From contig NC_091999.1 in NCBI RefSeq assembly GCF_044704955.1, forward strand, positions 35,092,001 through 35,156,000: DNA of 64,000 nt, in the 5' to 3' direction. The translations under genes and the position numbers were made by a program. Positions 1 to 11,544 of the stretch are shown in pieces. The first letter of the stretch is position 1; the number at the start of each line of letters is the position of its first letter. The DNA is from Pristiophorus japonicus (lineage: Eukaryota). The notes under the pieces are model-generated. The model saw only the letters and a program-made list of their open reading frames with translations. It was not told the origin of the DNA and did no database searches.

Positions 1-2167
1 TTAAGGGGTTGACTGTGGATGGGCAATGGCAGACATTTAGAGACCGCATGGATGAACTACAACAATTGTACATTCCTGTCTGGCATAAAAATAAAAAAGG
101 GAAGGTGGCTCAACCGTGGCTATCAAGGGAAATCAGGGATAGTATTAAAGCCAAGGAAGTGGCATACAAATTGGCCAGAAATAGCAGCGAATCTGGGGAC
201 TGGGAGAAATTTAGAACTCAGCAGAGGAGGACAAAGGGTTTGATTAGGGCAGGGAAAATGGAGTATGAGAAGAAGCTTGCAGGGAACATTAAGACGGATT
301 GCAAAAGATTCTATAGATATGTAAAGAGAAAAAGGTTCATAAAGACAAACGTAGGTCCCCTACAGTCAGAATCAGGGGAAGTCATAACGGGGAACAAAGA
401 AATGGCGGACCAATTGAACAAGTACTTTGGTTCGGTATTCACGAAGGAGGACACGAACAACCTTCCGGTTATAAAAGGGGTCGGGGAGTGTAGTAAGGAG
501 GAGGATCTGAGGGAAATCCTTATTAGCCGTCAAATTGTGTTGGGGAAATTGATGGGATGGAAGGCCGATAAATCCCCAGGGCCTGATGGACTGCATCCCA
601 GAGTACTTAAGGAGGTGGCCTTGGAAATAGTGGATGCGTTGACAGTCATTTTCCAACATTCCATTGACTCTGGATCAGTTCCTATGGAGTGGAGGGTAGC
701 CAATGTAACCCCACTTTTTAAAAAAGGAAGGAAAGAGAAAAAAGGGAATTATAGACCGGTCAGTCTGACATCGGTAGTGGGTAAAATGATGGAATCAATT
801 ATTAAGGATGTCACAGCAGTGCATTTGGAAAGAGGTGACATAATAGGTCCAAGTCAGCATGGATTTGTGAAAGGGAAATCATGCTTGACAAATCTTCTGG
901 AATTTTTTGAGGATGTTTCCAGTAGAGTGGATAAGGGAGAACCAGTTGATGTGGTATATTTGGACTTTCAGAAGGCGTTCGACAAGGTCCCACACAAGAG
1001 ATTGATGCGCAAAGTTAGAGCACATGGGATTGGGGGTAGTGTACTGACATGGATTGAGAACTGGTTGTCAGACAGGAAACAAAGAGTCGGAGTAAATGGG
1101 TACTTTTCAGAATGGCAGGCAGTGACTAGTGGGGGAACGCAAGGTTCTGTGCTGGGGCCCCAGCTGTTTACACTGTACATTAATGATTTAGATGAGGGGA
1201 TTAAATGTAGTATCTCCAAATTTGCGGATGACACTGAGTTGGATGGCAGTGTGAGCTGCGAGGAGGATGCTGTGAGGCTGGAGAGCGACTTGGATATGTT
1301 AGGTGAGTGGGCAAATGCATGGCAGATGAAGTATAATGTGGATAAATGTGAGGTTATCCACTTTGGTGGTAAAAACAGAGAGACAGACTATTATCTGAAG
1401 GGTGACAGATTAGGAAAAGGGGAGGTGCAAAGGACCTGGGTGTCATGGTACATCAGTCATTGAAGGTTGGCATGCAGGTGCAGCAGGCGGTTAAGAAAGC
1501 AAATGGCATGTTGGCCTTCATAGCAAGGGGATTTGAGTACAGGGGCAGGGAGGTGTTGCTACAGTTGTACAGGGCATTGGTGAGGCCACACCTGGAGTAT
1601 TGTGTACAGTTTTGGTCTCCTAACCTGAGAAAGGACATTCTTGCTATTGAGGGAGTGCAGCGACGGTTCACCAAACTGATTCCCGGGATGGCGGGACTGA
1701 CCTATCAAGAAAGACTGGATCAACTGGGCTTGTATTCACTGGAGTTCAGAAGAATGAGAGGGGACCTCATAGAAACATTTAAAATTCTGACGGGGTTAGA
1801 CAGTTTAGATGCAGGAAGAATGTTCCCAATGTTGGGGAAGTCCATAACCAGAGGTCACAGTCTAAGGATAAGGGGTACGCCATTTAGGACCGAGATGCGG
1901 AGGAACTTCTTCACCCAGAGAGTGGTGAACCTGTGGAATTCTCTACCACAGAAAGTTATTGAGGCCAATTCACTAAATATATTCAAAAAGGAGATCGATG
2001 AGGTCCTTACTACTAGGGGGATCAAGGGGTATGGCGAGAAAGCAGGAATGGGGTACTGAAGTTGAATGTTCAGCCATGAACTCATTGAATGGCGGTGCAG
2101 GCTAGAAGGGCCGAATGGCCGACTCCTGCACCTATTTTCTATGTTTCTATGTGTCTATGTTTCTATG
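1..2167 (+). mobile_element. Young CR1-clade LINE, ORF2 (RT and C-terminus) plus 3' tail; 5' part lies outside the window
   Basis: ORFs 9..1463 and 1445..2059 carry RT motifs ([35 protein letters not shown]), with a frameshift near 1430. The 3' end has GGCCGAATGGCC followed by (TTCTATGT)n-type 8-mer repeats. Confidence 0.97.
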
Positions 2168-3500
2168 TAATGTGATTCTATTTACGGTGCACTTGGCTAA
2201 AGCTACACACTTTTGGTCTGGAGATGAGATCATACTTCTCACATTATACAATTTATTCTCATTGCATTTCACTAACTGCCCATTAGTCTGCGAACCCCAG
2301 ACAGTCCTTTATAAAATTAGCTGTAAAATTAATCCGCTTGCCTGATCACTAAGCACAGCTGTTGAAGGAGACACATAAGAAAGGTGTGCCCGCTTCTGAC
2401 CAGTGTTTTATGAGAGAAACTTGTGAATCAGAACCGATAATGTGATCAGCAAATCTCGACATCCAAACCCTTGCAGCTAACTTTAACAGCGACCGAATGT
2501 GTAACAGACACGGGTAACAGGAACACGGTGTATCAGGTCATAGCGGTCTGTTACAGAATATCACAGGAACAAATGCTTCATCTCCAGCAGAAACAGATCA
2601 CAATCTGGGCATTTCACAACCCAATGGTAGCCGGGCTATGAGAGGGGTTATTCAGTGATCCAAATCAGCTCAAATTACACCGCACACTGCGCGGCTACTA
2701 ATCAGGAATAATGGAGACATTAGTGTAGACCAGGCGCAGAATTCTGTGAGAATATTAAAGAAGTGCAGCTGGCACTTCTCTGTGAGAATATTCAAAGCAA
2801 TTAAATCTGTTTTAGTTACTTTGCGAATCTCACTCATCTCTCTACAGTGTAGGGTGGGGCCATTAAACCTCACTCCAGTACTTCATGCTGTACTGATTAA
2901 CGGGACTGGATGTCTAGAATGGTCTTTATTTGGAAATAGTTTACAGTCGATACCATGTGGATCAATTCATTATTTTCCAATCCTATTTTATAAAATGATG
3001 AGCATGAAATTTACGGACAATCATTCTCGAGATGTTATACCATGTAAAATGTTTCTTGTTTTAAAAGTGCTAATGAATAATTTAATGTTCAAACAGTTAA
3101 ATACGATCTTTCTCCCATTCTTGTTCACGCTAATCTGAACCACACAACTTTTGGCAGTAACCCAACCGACTGCCGTCAGCGAGCATCGAACACCAGTGTC
3201 ATTTACATGAAGCATGTGGGGTTCTGTGCAGTCCATCAAAGGTCTGTTTTCTCACTACTGACCGCATACCTGGAAGCCAACTTTAAAACCTTTACATTAT
3301 CAAAATACACATTTTTATACACATCTGCCCAGTAACAGTACTGGAGTTAAGTTTAATTTTTTTCGACATGTAAATGTGTGTAACTGTTCCCACATCACAG
3401 GAAAGTAAATATATCCAATGTCTCAGATACAATGTCAGTAGTGGCAGTCAGCTGGAGTATCAGTACCGCACATAACCCTGTAATAGATGGAGAGATAGAG

Positions 3501-3812
3501 NNNNNNNNNNNNNNNNNNNNNNNNNNNNNNNNNNNNNNNNNNNNNNNNNNNNNNNNNNNNNNNNNNNNNNNNNNNNNNNNNNNNNNNNNNNNNNNNNNNN
3601 NNNNNNNNNNNNNNNNNNNNNNNNNNNNNNNNNNNNNNNNNNNNNNNNNNNNNNNNNNNNNNNNNNNNNNNNNNNNNNNNNNNNNNNNNNNNNNNNNNNN
3701 NNNNNNNNNNNNNNNNNNNNNNNNNNNNNNNNNNNNNNNNNNNNNNNNNNNNNNNNNNNNNNNNNNNNNNNNNNNNNNNNNNNNNNNNNNNNNNNNNNNN
3801 NNNNNNNNNNNN
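3501..3812. other. Assembly gap (N run)
   Basis: Run of N. Confidence 1.
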
Positions 3813-4420
3813 GATCAGTGCTGGGTCTACGACTGTTCACATTTTATATTAATGATTTAGATTTTGGAGTCGAAAACACAATTTCTAAATTTTCAAATGC
3901 ACGAGTGGGGGGCGGGTCGGGGTTTAAATACTGTGGAACACTGCTACGAATTGCAAGAATGCATGAATTGACTAATTTATTTCAACACAGATAATTATGA
4001 GGTATTATGTTTTGGTAAGAAAAATAAGGTCACTTATCACTTATAAAATAAAAATCCTAGTGAGATGGAGGAAACAAAGTCTCTGAGAGTGCAAATACAC
4101 ACATCATTAAAAGTAGCAACGCAATTAATAATACCATAAAAAGAAGGAAACATGCACGCGGGTTTATTTCTAGAGGGTTAGAATTGAAAAGTGCAAAAGT
4201 TATGCTAAACTTGGTGATACCACATTTGAAGTACTTTGTACAATTGTGCCAAACCCACGCCCTTTCTCCGAAGCCCTGCATATGTTTCCATTTAGATATG
4301 TGGATAGTGCAGGGAAGTGCAGTTGAGGTAGAAGTTCAGCTATGATCCCGTTGAATGATGGGACATGCTCGAGGAACCGTATGGCCTACTCCTGCTCCCA
4401 ATTCTTATGTTCTTATGTTC
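3813..4420 (+). mobile_element. Degraded CR1 fragments with 3' tail
   Basis: RT-like start (gatcagtgctgggtc...) and a CR1 tail (atggcctactcctgctcccaattcttatgttcttatg). Confidence 0.75.
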
Positions 4421-4494
4421 TGATTTTCTAGAAAATATGGTCCTTAGATACACAATCTCTCCTCATAGGACAGCCGCCGCCCCACCCCCCCGAC

Positions 4495-5260
4495 CCCTGC
4501 TCCGCCATCCCAGAAATCAGGCTGATGCACCTTTGATGCACTCCCTCTAAGGCAAGTATATCCTTCCTTAGTTTAGGAGAAATAAACTGCACACAATACA
4601 CCAGGTGTAGTCTCAGCAGGGCCCTATAGAAGTGCATAAAGGCTTCTTTGCTCTAATACTCCAATCCTTTTGCAATAAAATGTTGCTTACCATTTGCTTT
4701 CCTAATTGGTCACTTTGGCTCTATGTTAGCTTTCTGTGATTCGTGTACAAGGCCATCCAGGTCTTTCTGAGTAGCAACATTACCCACTTTCACAGCATCC
4801 AAAAAATATTCTGCGTTTCTATTTGTCCTATCAAAATGCGTAACTTCACACTTCTCCACATTATACTCAATCTGTCATGTCCTTGCCCACTCACCTACCT
4901 TGTCAATATGCCTTTGCGGCCTCCTTACTTGCTCCTCACTGTTTACTGTCCTACCTAACTTTGTTTTGTAAAGTACACTAATTTAAGTCATCTTTCTATA
5001 CACGTGTAGAAGTACAAACAATCTGTTTTTAGGTTTTTGATAGCTTATTTAATTTTATATTTTCTCCCATATTATCAGTTGCATGTGCATCTTTTGCAGA
5101 ATTCTAATATCTTCCCAATTATCGGGCTTACTACTGGTTTTGTCAACATTCTACGCAAGTTCAATTAATTGAATACAATCTTTAATTTCCTTTGTTAGCC
5201 ACATTTGCACCATTTTTCCTGTCAGGTTTTTATTCATTATGGAAGTTTATCTTATCTGAC
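4495..5260 (-). mobile_element. Degraded antisense CR1 fragment
   Basis: Minus-strand ORF 4428..4637 reads FYRALLRLHLVYCVQFISPKLRKDILALEGVHQR, which matches the CR1 ORF2 C-terminus. Confidence 0.75.
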
Positions 5261-5654
5261 GTCTCTGTATTATGAGCTGAAGGTGAATTTGCAAAATCAT
5301 TTTGCAAATTCTGCCCTTGATACTTTTTGATCAACTGCACCTCTTGTGGTTCGCTCTAAAAACAAATCCTCTGCGTAAACGTTCAAGTACGTTATAGTGG
5401 TTGGAATTGTGAATCATGTTTAAATTAAGCTCTGGGGCCTACAGCTGATATCCTTTATCAGCAGGTGGCGTCAGTGATCATATTGAAAGATGAGTCATGT
5501 GGAGACGGATGTTGCTGAGCATTTCAGTCACCGTCTGCATTGTCAACACAAGTAATAGCATTTTAACAATATAATTAATGCTCAGATTACTTCTCAGTTA
5601 GTCAAATTTGAAAGGAGCATGTATCCTTCGAAATAATCTGAAGGGCAAAGAAAG

Positions 5655-6058
5655 ATAGCATTATTTCAATGCACACTTTAGGAAGATTGTCGGGCTGTTT
5701 CCGAGGATGCAGAGGAGATTGCTGCAAGGCATGAGGGAGTTCAATTATTTAGACACGAGAGAGGATGGGATTATTCTTATTATAGCAGGGAATGCTTAGG
5801 GCGGAATTAACAGAGGTTTTCAAAATTGTGAAGGGGTTTCATAGTGTTGATAGGAAGGTAGGGTTTCCATCGGCAGGTCTATCGCTAACCAGAGGACAAA
5901 GATTAAGATGATTGATAAAATAAATAAAAGATGGGAGATAAGGAGATTTTTTATGCAGCGAGTTGTAATAACCTGGAATGTATTGTCTGAAAGGGTGATG
6001 GCAGCAGATTCAATTATAACTTTCAAATCGGAAAATGATATATATTTGAAAAGGAAAG
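5655..6058 (+). mobile_element. Degraded CR1 ORF2 3' fragment
   Basis: ORF 5908 reads RRFFMQRVVITWNVLSERVMAADSIITFKSE. Confidence 0.7.
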
Positions 6059-6064
6059 ATGATC

Positions 6065-8155
6065 TGTGTAATAAAAAGAGAGACAGTGTCGAGGATAATA
6101 TAAACAGAGACAGTGCCTGGCGTAATATAAACAGAGGCTGGGCCGAGTGTAAAAAAACAGAGACAGCATTCAGTTTAATGTAAAAAGAGACAGGGTCAGT
6201 ACTTAAGGAGGTGGCCTTGGAAATAGTGGATGCATTGACAGTCATTTTCCAACATTCCATTGAATCTGGTTCAGTTCCTATGGAGTGGAGGGTAGCCAAT
6301 GTAACCCCACTTTTTAAAAAAGGAGGGAGAGAGAAAACAGGGAATTACAGACCGGTCAGCCTGACATCGGTAGTGGGTAAAATGATGGAATCAATTATTA
6401 AGGATGTCATAGCAGTGCATTTGGAAAGAGGTAATATGATAGGTCCAAGTCAGCATGGAGTTGCGAAAGGGAAATCATGCTTGACAAATCTTCTGGAATT
6501 TTTTCAGGATGTTTCCAGTAGAGTGGACAAGGGAGAACCAGTTGATGTGGTATATTTTGACTTACAGAAGGCTTTCGACAAGGTCCCACACAAGAGATTA
6601 ATGTGCAAAGTTAAAGCACATGGGATTGGGGGTAGTGTGCTGACATGGATTGAGAACTGGTTGTCAGACAGGAAGCAAAGAGTAGGAGTAAATGGGGACT
6701 TTTCAGAATGGCAGGCAGTGACTAGTGGGGTACCGCAAGGTTCTGTGCTGGGGCCCCAGCTGTTTACACTGTACATTAATGATTTAGACGATGGGATTAA
6801 ATGTAGTAAATCCAAATTTGCGGATGACACTAAGTTGGGTGGCAGTGTGAGCTGCAAGGAGGATTCTATGAGGCTGCAGAGCGACTTGGATAGGTTAGGT
6901 GAGTGGGCACATGCATAGCAGATGAAGAATAATGTGGATAAATGTGAGGTTATCCATTTTGGTGGTAAAAACAGAGAGACAGACTATTATCTGAATGGTG
7001 ACAGATTAGGAAAAGGGGAGGTGCAAACAGACCTGGGTGTCATGGTACATCAGTCATTGAAGGTTGGCATGCAGGTACAGCAGGCGGTTAAGAAAGCAAA
7101 TGGCATGTTGGCCTTCATAGCGAGGGGATCTGAGTACAAGAGCAGGGACGTGTTGCTACAATTGTACAGGGCCTTGGTGAGGCCACACCTGGAGTATTGT
7201 GAACAGTTTTGGTCTCCTAACCTGAGGAAGGACATTCTTACTATTGAGGGAGTGCAGCGAAGGTTCACCAGACTGATTCCCGGGATGGCGGGACTGACCT
7301 ATCAAGAAAGATTGGATCAACTGGCCTTGTATTCACTGGAGTTCAGAAGAATGAGAGGGGACCTCAAAGAAACGTTTAAAATTCTGACGGGGTTAGACAG
7401 GTTAGATGCAGGAAGAATGTTCCCAATGTTTGGGAAGTCCAGAACCAGGGGACACAGTCTAAGGATAAGGGGGAAGCCATTTAGGACCGAGATGAGGAGG
7501 AATTTCTTCACCCAGAGAGTGGTGAACCTGTGGAATTCTCTACCAGAGAAAGTTGTTGAGGCCAATTCACTAAATATATTCAAAAAGGAGTGAGATGAAG
7601 TCCTTACTACTAGGGGAATCAAGGGTTATGGTGAGAAAGCAGGAATGGGGTACTGAAGTTGCATGTTCAGCCATGAACTCATTGAATGGCGGTGCAGGCT
7701 AGAAGGGCCGAATGGCCTTCTCCTGCACCTATTTTCTATGTGTCTATGTTTCTATACAGGGTCTAGTATAATATACAGAGGGACAAATTCTACTGTAATT
7801 TAAATAGAGACATGGTATATTGTAATATAAACAGGGATCGTGTCTAGATAATTATAAACAGATACAGTGTCTAGTGTAATTGAAAACAGAGACAGGGTCT
7901 AGTGTAATATAAACTGGGGCAGGGTTTAGTACAATATTAACAGAGGCAGCGTCTAGTGTAATATAAGCAGAGACAGGGTGTAGCGTAATATAATCAGGGA
8001 CAGAGTCTTGGGTAATATAAACAGGGACAGGGTCTAGGGTAATATAAACAGGGACAGGGTCTAGTGTAATATAAACAGAGACAGGATCTTGTGTAATATA
8101 AACAGAGACTGGTTATAATGTAATATAAACAGGAACAGGGTCTAGTGCAATATTA
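6065..8155 (-). repeat. 27-bp satellite in reverse orientation, split by the CR1 at 6198-7755
   Basis: Units of ACAGAGACAGGGTCTAGTGTAATATAA at ~6065-6197 and 7756-8155. Confidence 0.9.
6198..7755 (+). mobile_element. Young 5'-truncated CR1 with an 8-bp TSD
   Basis: ORFs 6211..6918 and 6922..7593 are RT sequence separated by one in-frame stop and are nearly identical to 602-2167. ACAGGGTC flanks the element at 6190-6197 and 7756-7763. Confidence 0.96.
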
Positions 8156-8265
8156 GATAGAAGTACAGATAGATGGATAGAAGTACGAATCGAATGACGG
8201 ATGGACAGACGGACGGTCCGACCGACCAAACGACAGATAGACAGACGGATAGACAGTCAGAAAGA
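8155..8265. repeat. Degenerate GATA/GACA/GACG tetranucleotide microsatellite
   Basis: agatagatggatag...gacagacggacgg...gacagatagacagacggatagacag. Confidence 0.8.
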
Positions 8266-8329
8266 CATGAAGATTTGCAAGGTTGGAATGTTGCTATCAA
8301 ATTATTCTAGACATTCTGCGTGGTTAAAT

Positions 8330-9205
8330 TACCCTAGACCCTGTTTAATTATTACTGCTGTGGACCATCTCTCTATTCAGATTGCACAAGGCCCTGTCTC
8401 AGTTATTACTGCACTAGTCTCGGGATCTATTTTATTACTGTAGATCCTGTCTCAGTTACACTGCACTAGATCCTTTCCCTGTTCATATTATGCAAGGCTC
8501 TGTATCAGTTATCACAGTACCTGACCGTCCGTTATAATACATTAGATTCTGTCACAGTTACTACTGAACTAGACGCTGCCTCTGTTTATATTACCATACA
8601 CCCTATTTCTGTCAATATTTCACTAGTCCTTGTGCTGTTTATATTACACTGGACTCTGTCTCAGTTTACATTGCAATAGAAAATGTCAACGTTTATAATA
8701 CAATAGATCATGTATTAGTTATTATTACAGCAAGATATCCTTTATTATGTTATGTTGAACCCTGACACAGTTTATATTATTCTAGCCCCTGTCTCTTTAT
8801 AATAGATAGGCCCTGCCTCTGTTTATATTATACTAGACCCTGTCTCTGTTTATATTACACTAGCCCCTGTCTCTATTTTTATTCACTAGACCCTGTCTCA
8901 GTTTATATTATACTAGAACCTGTATTTTTTTTATTAAACTCGACACTGCCTCTGTTTATATTAAACTAGACTCTGTATTTTTCATGTTACACTGGACCCT
9001 GTATCTGTTTATATTACACAAGACCCTGTCTCTTTTCATATTTCACGAGACCCTGTATCTGTTTATATTACACTAGACGCTGCCTCTGTTCATATTACAC
9101 TAGACGCTGTGTCTGCTTATTTTACACTAGACCCTGTCACTGTATATATTACACTATATGCTCTCTCTGTCTATGTTACAATTGGACCTGTCTCGGTTAT
9201 TACGA
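8330..9205 (+). repeat. 27-bp satellite (TTACACTAGACCCTGTCTCTGTTTATA)n
   Basis: Direct tandem units; the 9-aa periodicity (YITLDPVSV) in the ORF track confirms a 27-bp period. Confidence 0.95.
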
Positions 9206-9444
9206 CACTGCAGCTTGGGGTATAGATGTGTCTACATAGTTCAAATTGAACAATCCGAGTGGCTGAGGGTCATAGGTCGCACTGATGTAGCTATGGCGAC
9301 CAATTCACGTTGATGACGCTGCATTGTTGTGAACAATGATGTCACCCTTTGTTTACGTGTTGCTGACGTGAACATGTCAAACAAGCAAAAACGAAATGCA
9401 AGTTTCAGGAAGGTGCACTGATAATAACATTTTTCTGGGATAGT

Positions 9445-9870
9445 GATGTCACACTGTGCCATCAAACATTCCCAGGGCACGTACAGCGCGGGTCTATGCA
9501 GAGTAAAGCTCCCTCGATGTTGTCCCAGCAAACACTCCCAGCGCAGTTACAGCATGAGTCGAGAAACAGTAAAGCTCCCTCTACATCGTCCCATCAGACA
9601 CTCCCAGTACAGGTACAGCACGGTTTAGATAGAGAGTAAAGGTTGTTCTGCACCGACCCATCAAACTCTCCCAGGGCAGGTACAGCACTGGTCTATGCAG
9701 AGTAAAGCTCCCTCCACATTGTCCCATCAAACACTCCCAGGGATGGTACAGCACAAGTTAGCTAAAGAGTAAAGCTCCCTCTACCCCATCTGATCAAACA
9801 CACCCAGGGCAGGTACATCAATGGTTAGATGCAGAGTAAAGGTCTCGCTACAGAGTCCCATCAAACACCT
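9445..9870 (+). repeat. ~67-bp tandem repeat (CCCATCAAACACTCCCAGGGCAGGTACAGCACGGGTTAGATACAGAGTAAAGCTCCCTCTACACTGT)
   Basis: About six units, with the AGAGTAAAG landmark recurring every ~67 bp. Related arrays occur at 25560-25780, 35360-35660 and 52115-52390. Confidence 0.9.
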
Positions 9871-9913
9871 CCAAATCATTGAGTTCACACAATATATTTT
9901 ATTATAATGCTGC

Positions 9914-11380
9914 CTCTCCGCACACCCACCAATTTGGTTTGAGGCCTGGAAATAGACCTTAGGGAACATTTGTGATAGACATTGACTTCGTATTGTGAGA
10001 TAAAGATAATGACGCATTCTTTAGAGGCAAGGCAGAAGGTGGGGATAGCAGAGAGAAGCAGAGAGGGAGGGGAAACAGGGAATTGCCACTAATGCATTTG
10101 AGCTGTCACTATATACGGTGACTAGAATCTTTCCCCATTCTGACCGTGGATATCATCGTTGATTTGTTCACCAATAACTGAAAGAAATCTCCGAAACATC
10201 AATTGTTGCTGGAATCCGTTGAGACATTAGCATTTCTCTCTCTGTTTATTTCTATTCTGTATTGATGAGGAAACATTTATTGTCTTTCTATCATTCACTA
10301 TTCTAATCTGGGACTTCTATTTATGTGTTTATTTACATAAAAACCTCACTGGTTTCCATGACGTGTTCATGGCAGCAAGACCAGATCCACAAAGTCATTA
10401 ACTGATTAGTTTAACACACAGCACGGGTTTATTTTATGAATATTGACAGTTGGTATGAAGAAATGGAAATATCTCCAGCAGTGACATCGGTTTTTGGTTT
10501 GTTCACTTAGAAGAGATGTGATTTATATCAAAGAGAAAATATTAAAATTAAAAATTCAATTCTGAATATTCTGCTCCCAAAGTCAGTGGAACTTCTCTGA
10601 ACAGATCAGTAATTCACTGGATGTCCATTTAGCATAAGATTCCAGCCATGTAAACTAAACAAGTAAAAACTGAAACCAGAGGAGTAACCCATTGCAAAGT
10701 GTATTTAAATGTTGACATTTAGAAATAACTTTCACGACTTTCACGTCCTCGGACTGTCCAAAAGCACTTTACAATGAAGTACATTTGAAGTGTAGTCACT
10801 TTTGTAATGTAGGAAACGTGGAGGTAAATTGCGCACAGGAAGCTCCCACAAACGTAATGTGATAATAACCACAGAATCTATATTTTAGTGATGCTGGTTA
10901 ATGGATAAATATGTGTAATGGACATCGGGTTGAACTCCACTGTTATTTAAAATCGTGCCAATCAATCTCTTACATCCAACTGTGAGGGAAGAGTCAGCAG
11001 ATGTAACGTCTCATCCGAAAGACTGCACTACCGAGAATATACCCCCTCCCCCACCCCGCCACCCCGGTACTGGTACCAGGAGTGTCAACCGAGATTATGT
11101 GCTCAGTCTTTGGAGAGGGGTTTGAACCCACAGCCTTCTCACTCAGAGGCTACTGTAATCCCATTGTAGCGGGGCTTTAGCACACCACAGCTTTATTTGT
11201 TAGATGTTGTAATTTAGTTCCGAGTGTCCAAAGTTCAGTGCCTGAGACTAGTCCTGCACAGTCGGTTTATTTCCCGGGGATAATGCTCTTATCTTGCCTG
11301 GGATGATATTCCGGCACTTGTAAAATGTGATTTCCATATCAAATCTTAGCGACTTCGCATCTGGATGTCCGTGAGGTGCA
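9914..11380 (-). pseudogene. Unit 0 partial, more diverged copy of the unidentified multi-exon gene (exon c remnant ~11260-11380, d ~10096-10171, e 9914-10018)
   Basis: Exon e is 105 nt, has a pyrimidine-rich AG acceptor and is open (CVIIFISQYEVNVYHKCSLRSISRPQTKLVGVRR). The exon c remnant CRNIIPGKIRALSPGNK aligns with the other units. Confidence 0.6.
10715..11172 (-). mobile_element. tRNA-headed Deu-domain-type SINE (SacSINE1/AmnSINE1-like)
   Basis: B box GGTTCAAACCC on the minus strand, with a central body resembling DeuSINE as I recall it. Lies in the intron between exons c and d. Confidence 0.7.
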
Positions 11381-11544
11381 TCAGTCGAGCAGCTGGAAAC
11401 TGGGACGGTGCTCCTTAGATCCGAGAATGTTAAGGGTGATTTAATAGGGGTGATCAAAATTATGAGGAGCTTTAATCGAGTAAATAGTTAGAAATCTTTT
11501 CCACTGGTAGGACGTACATTAACCACAAGCCAGAGATTTAATAT

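Noticed and set aside
3432-3860. ORFs spanning N runs (also 32439-32913)
   Set aside because: Gap artefacts. Only the 32439-32539 part corresponds to the terminal exon.
9445-9870. Regular repeats resembling a CRISPR array (also 39512-40065)
   Set aside because: They are head-to-tail repeats with no unique spacers or cas genes, in a eukaryotic context.
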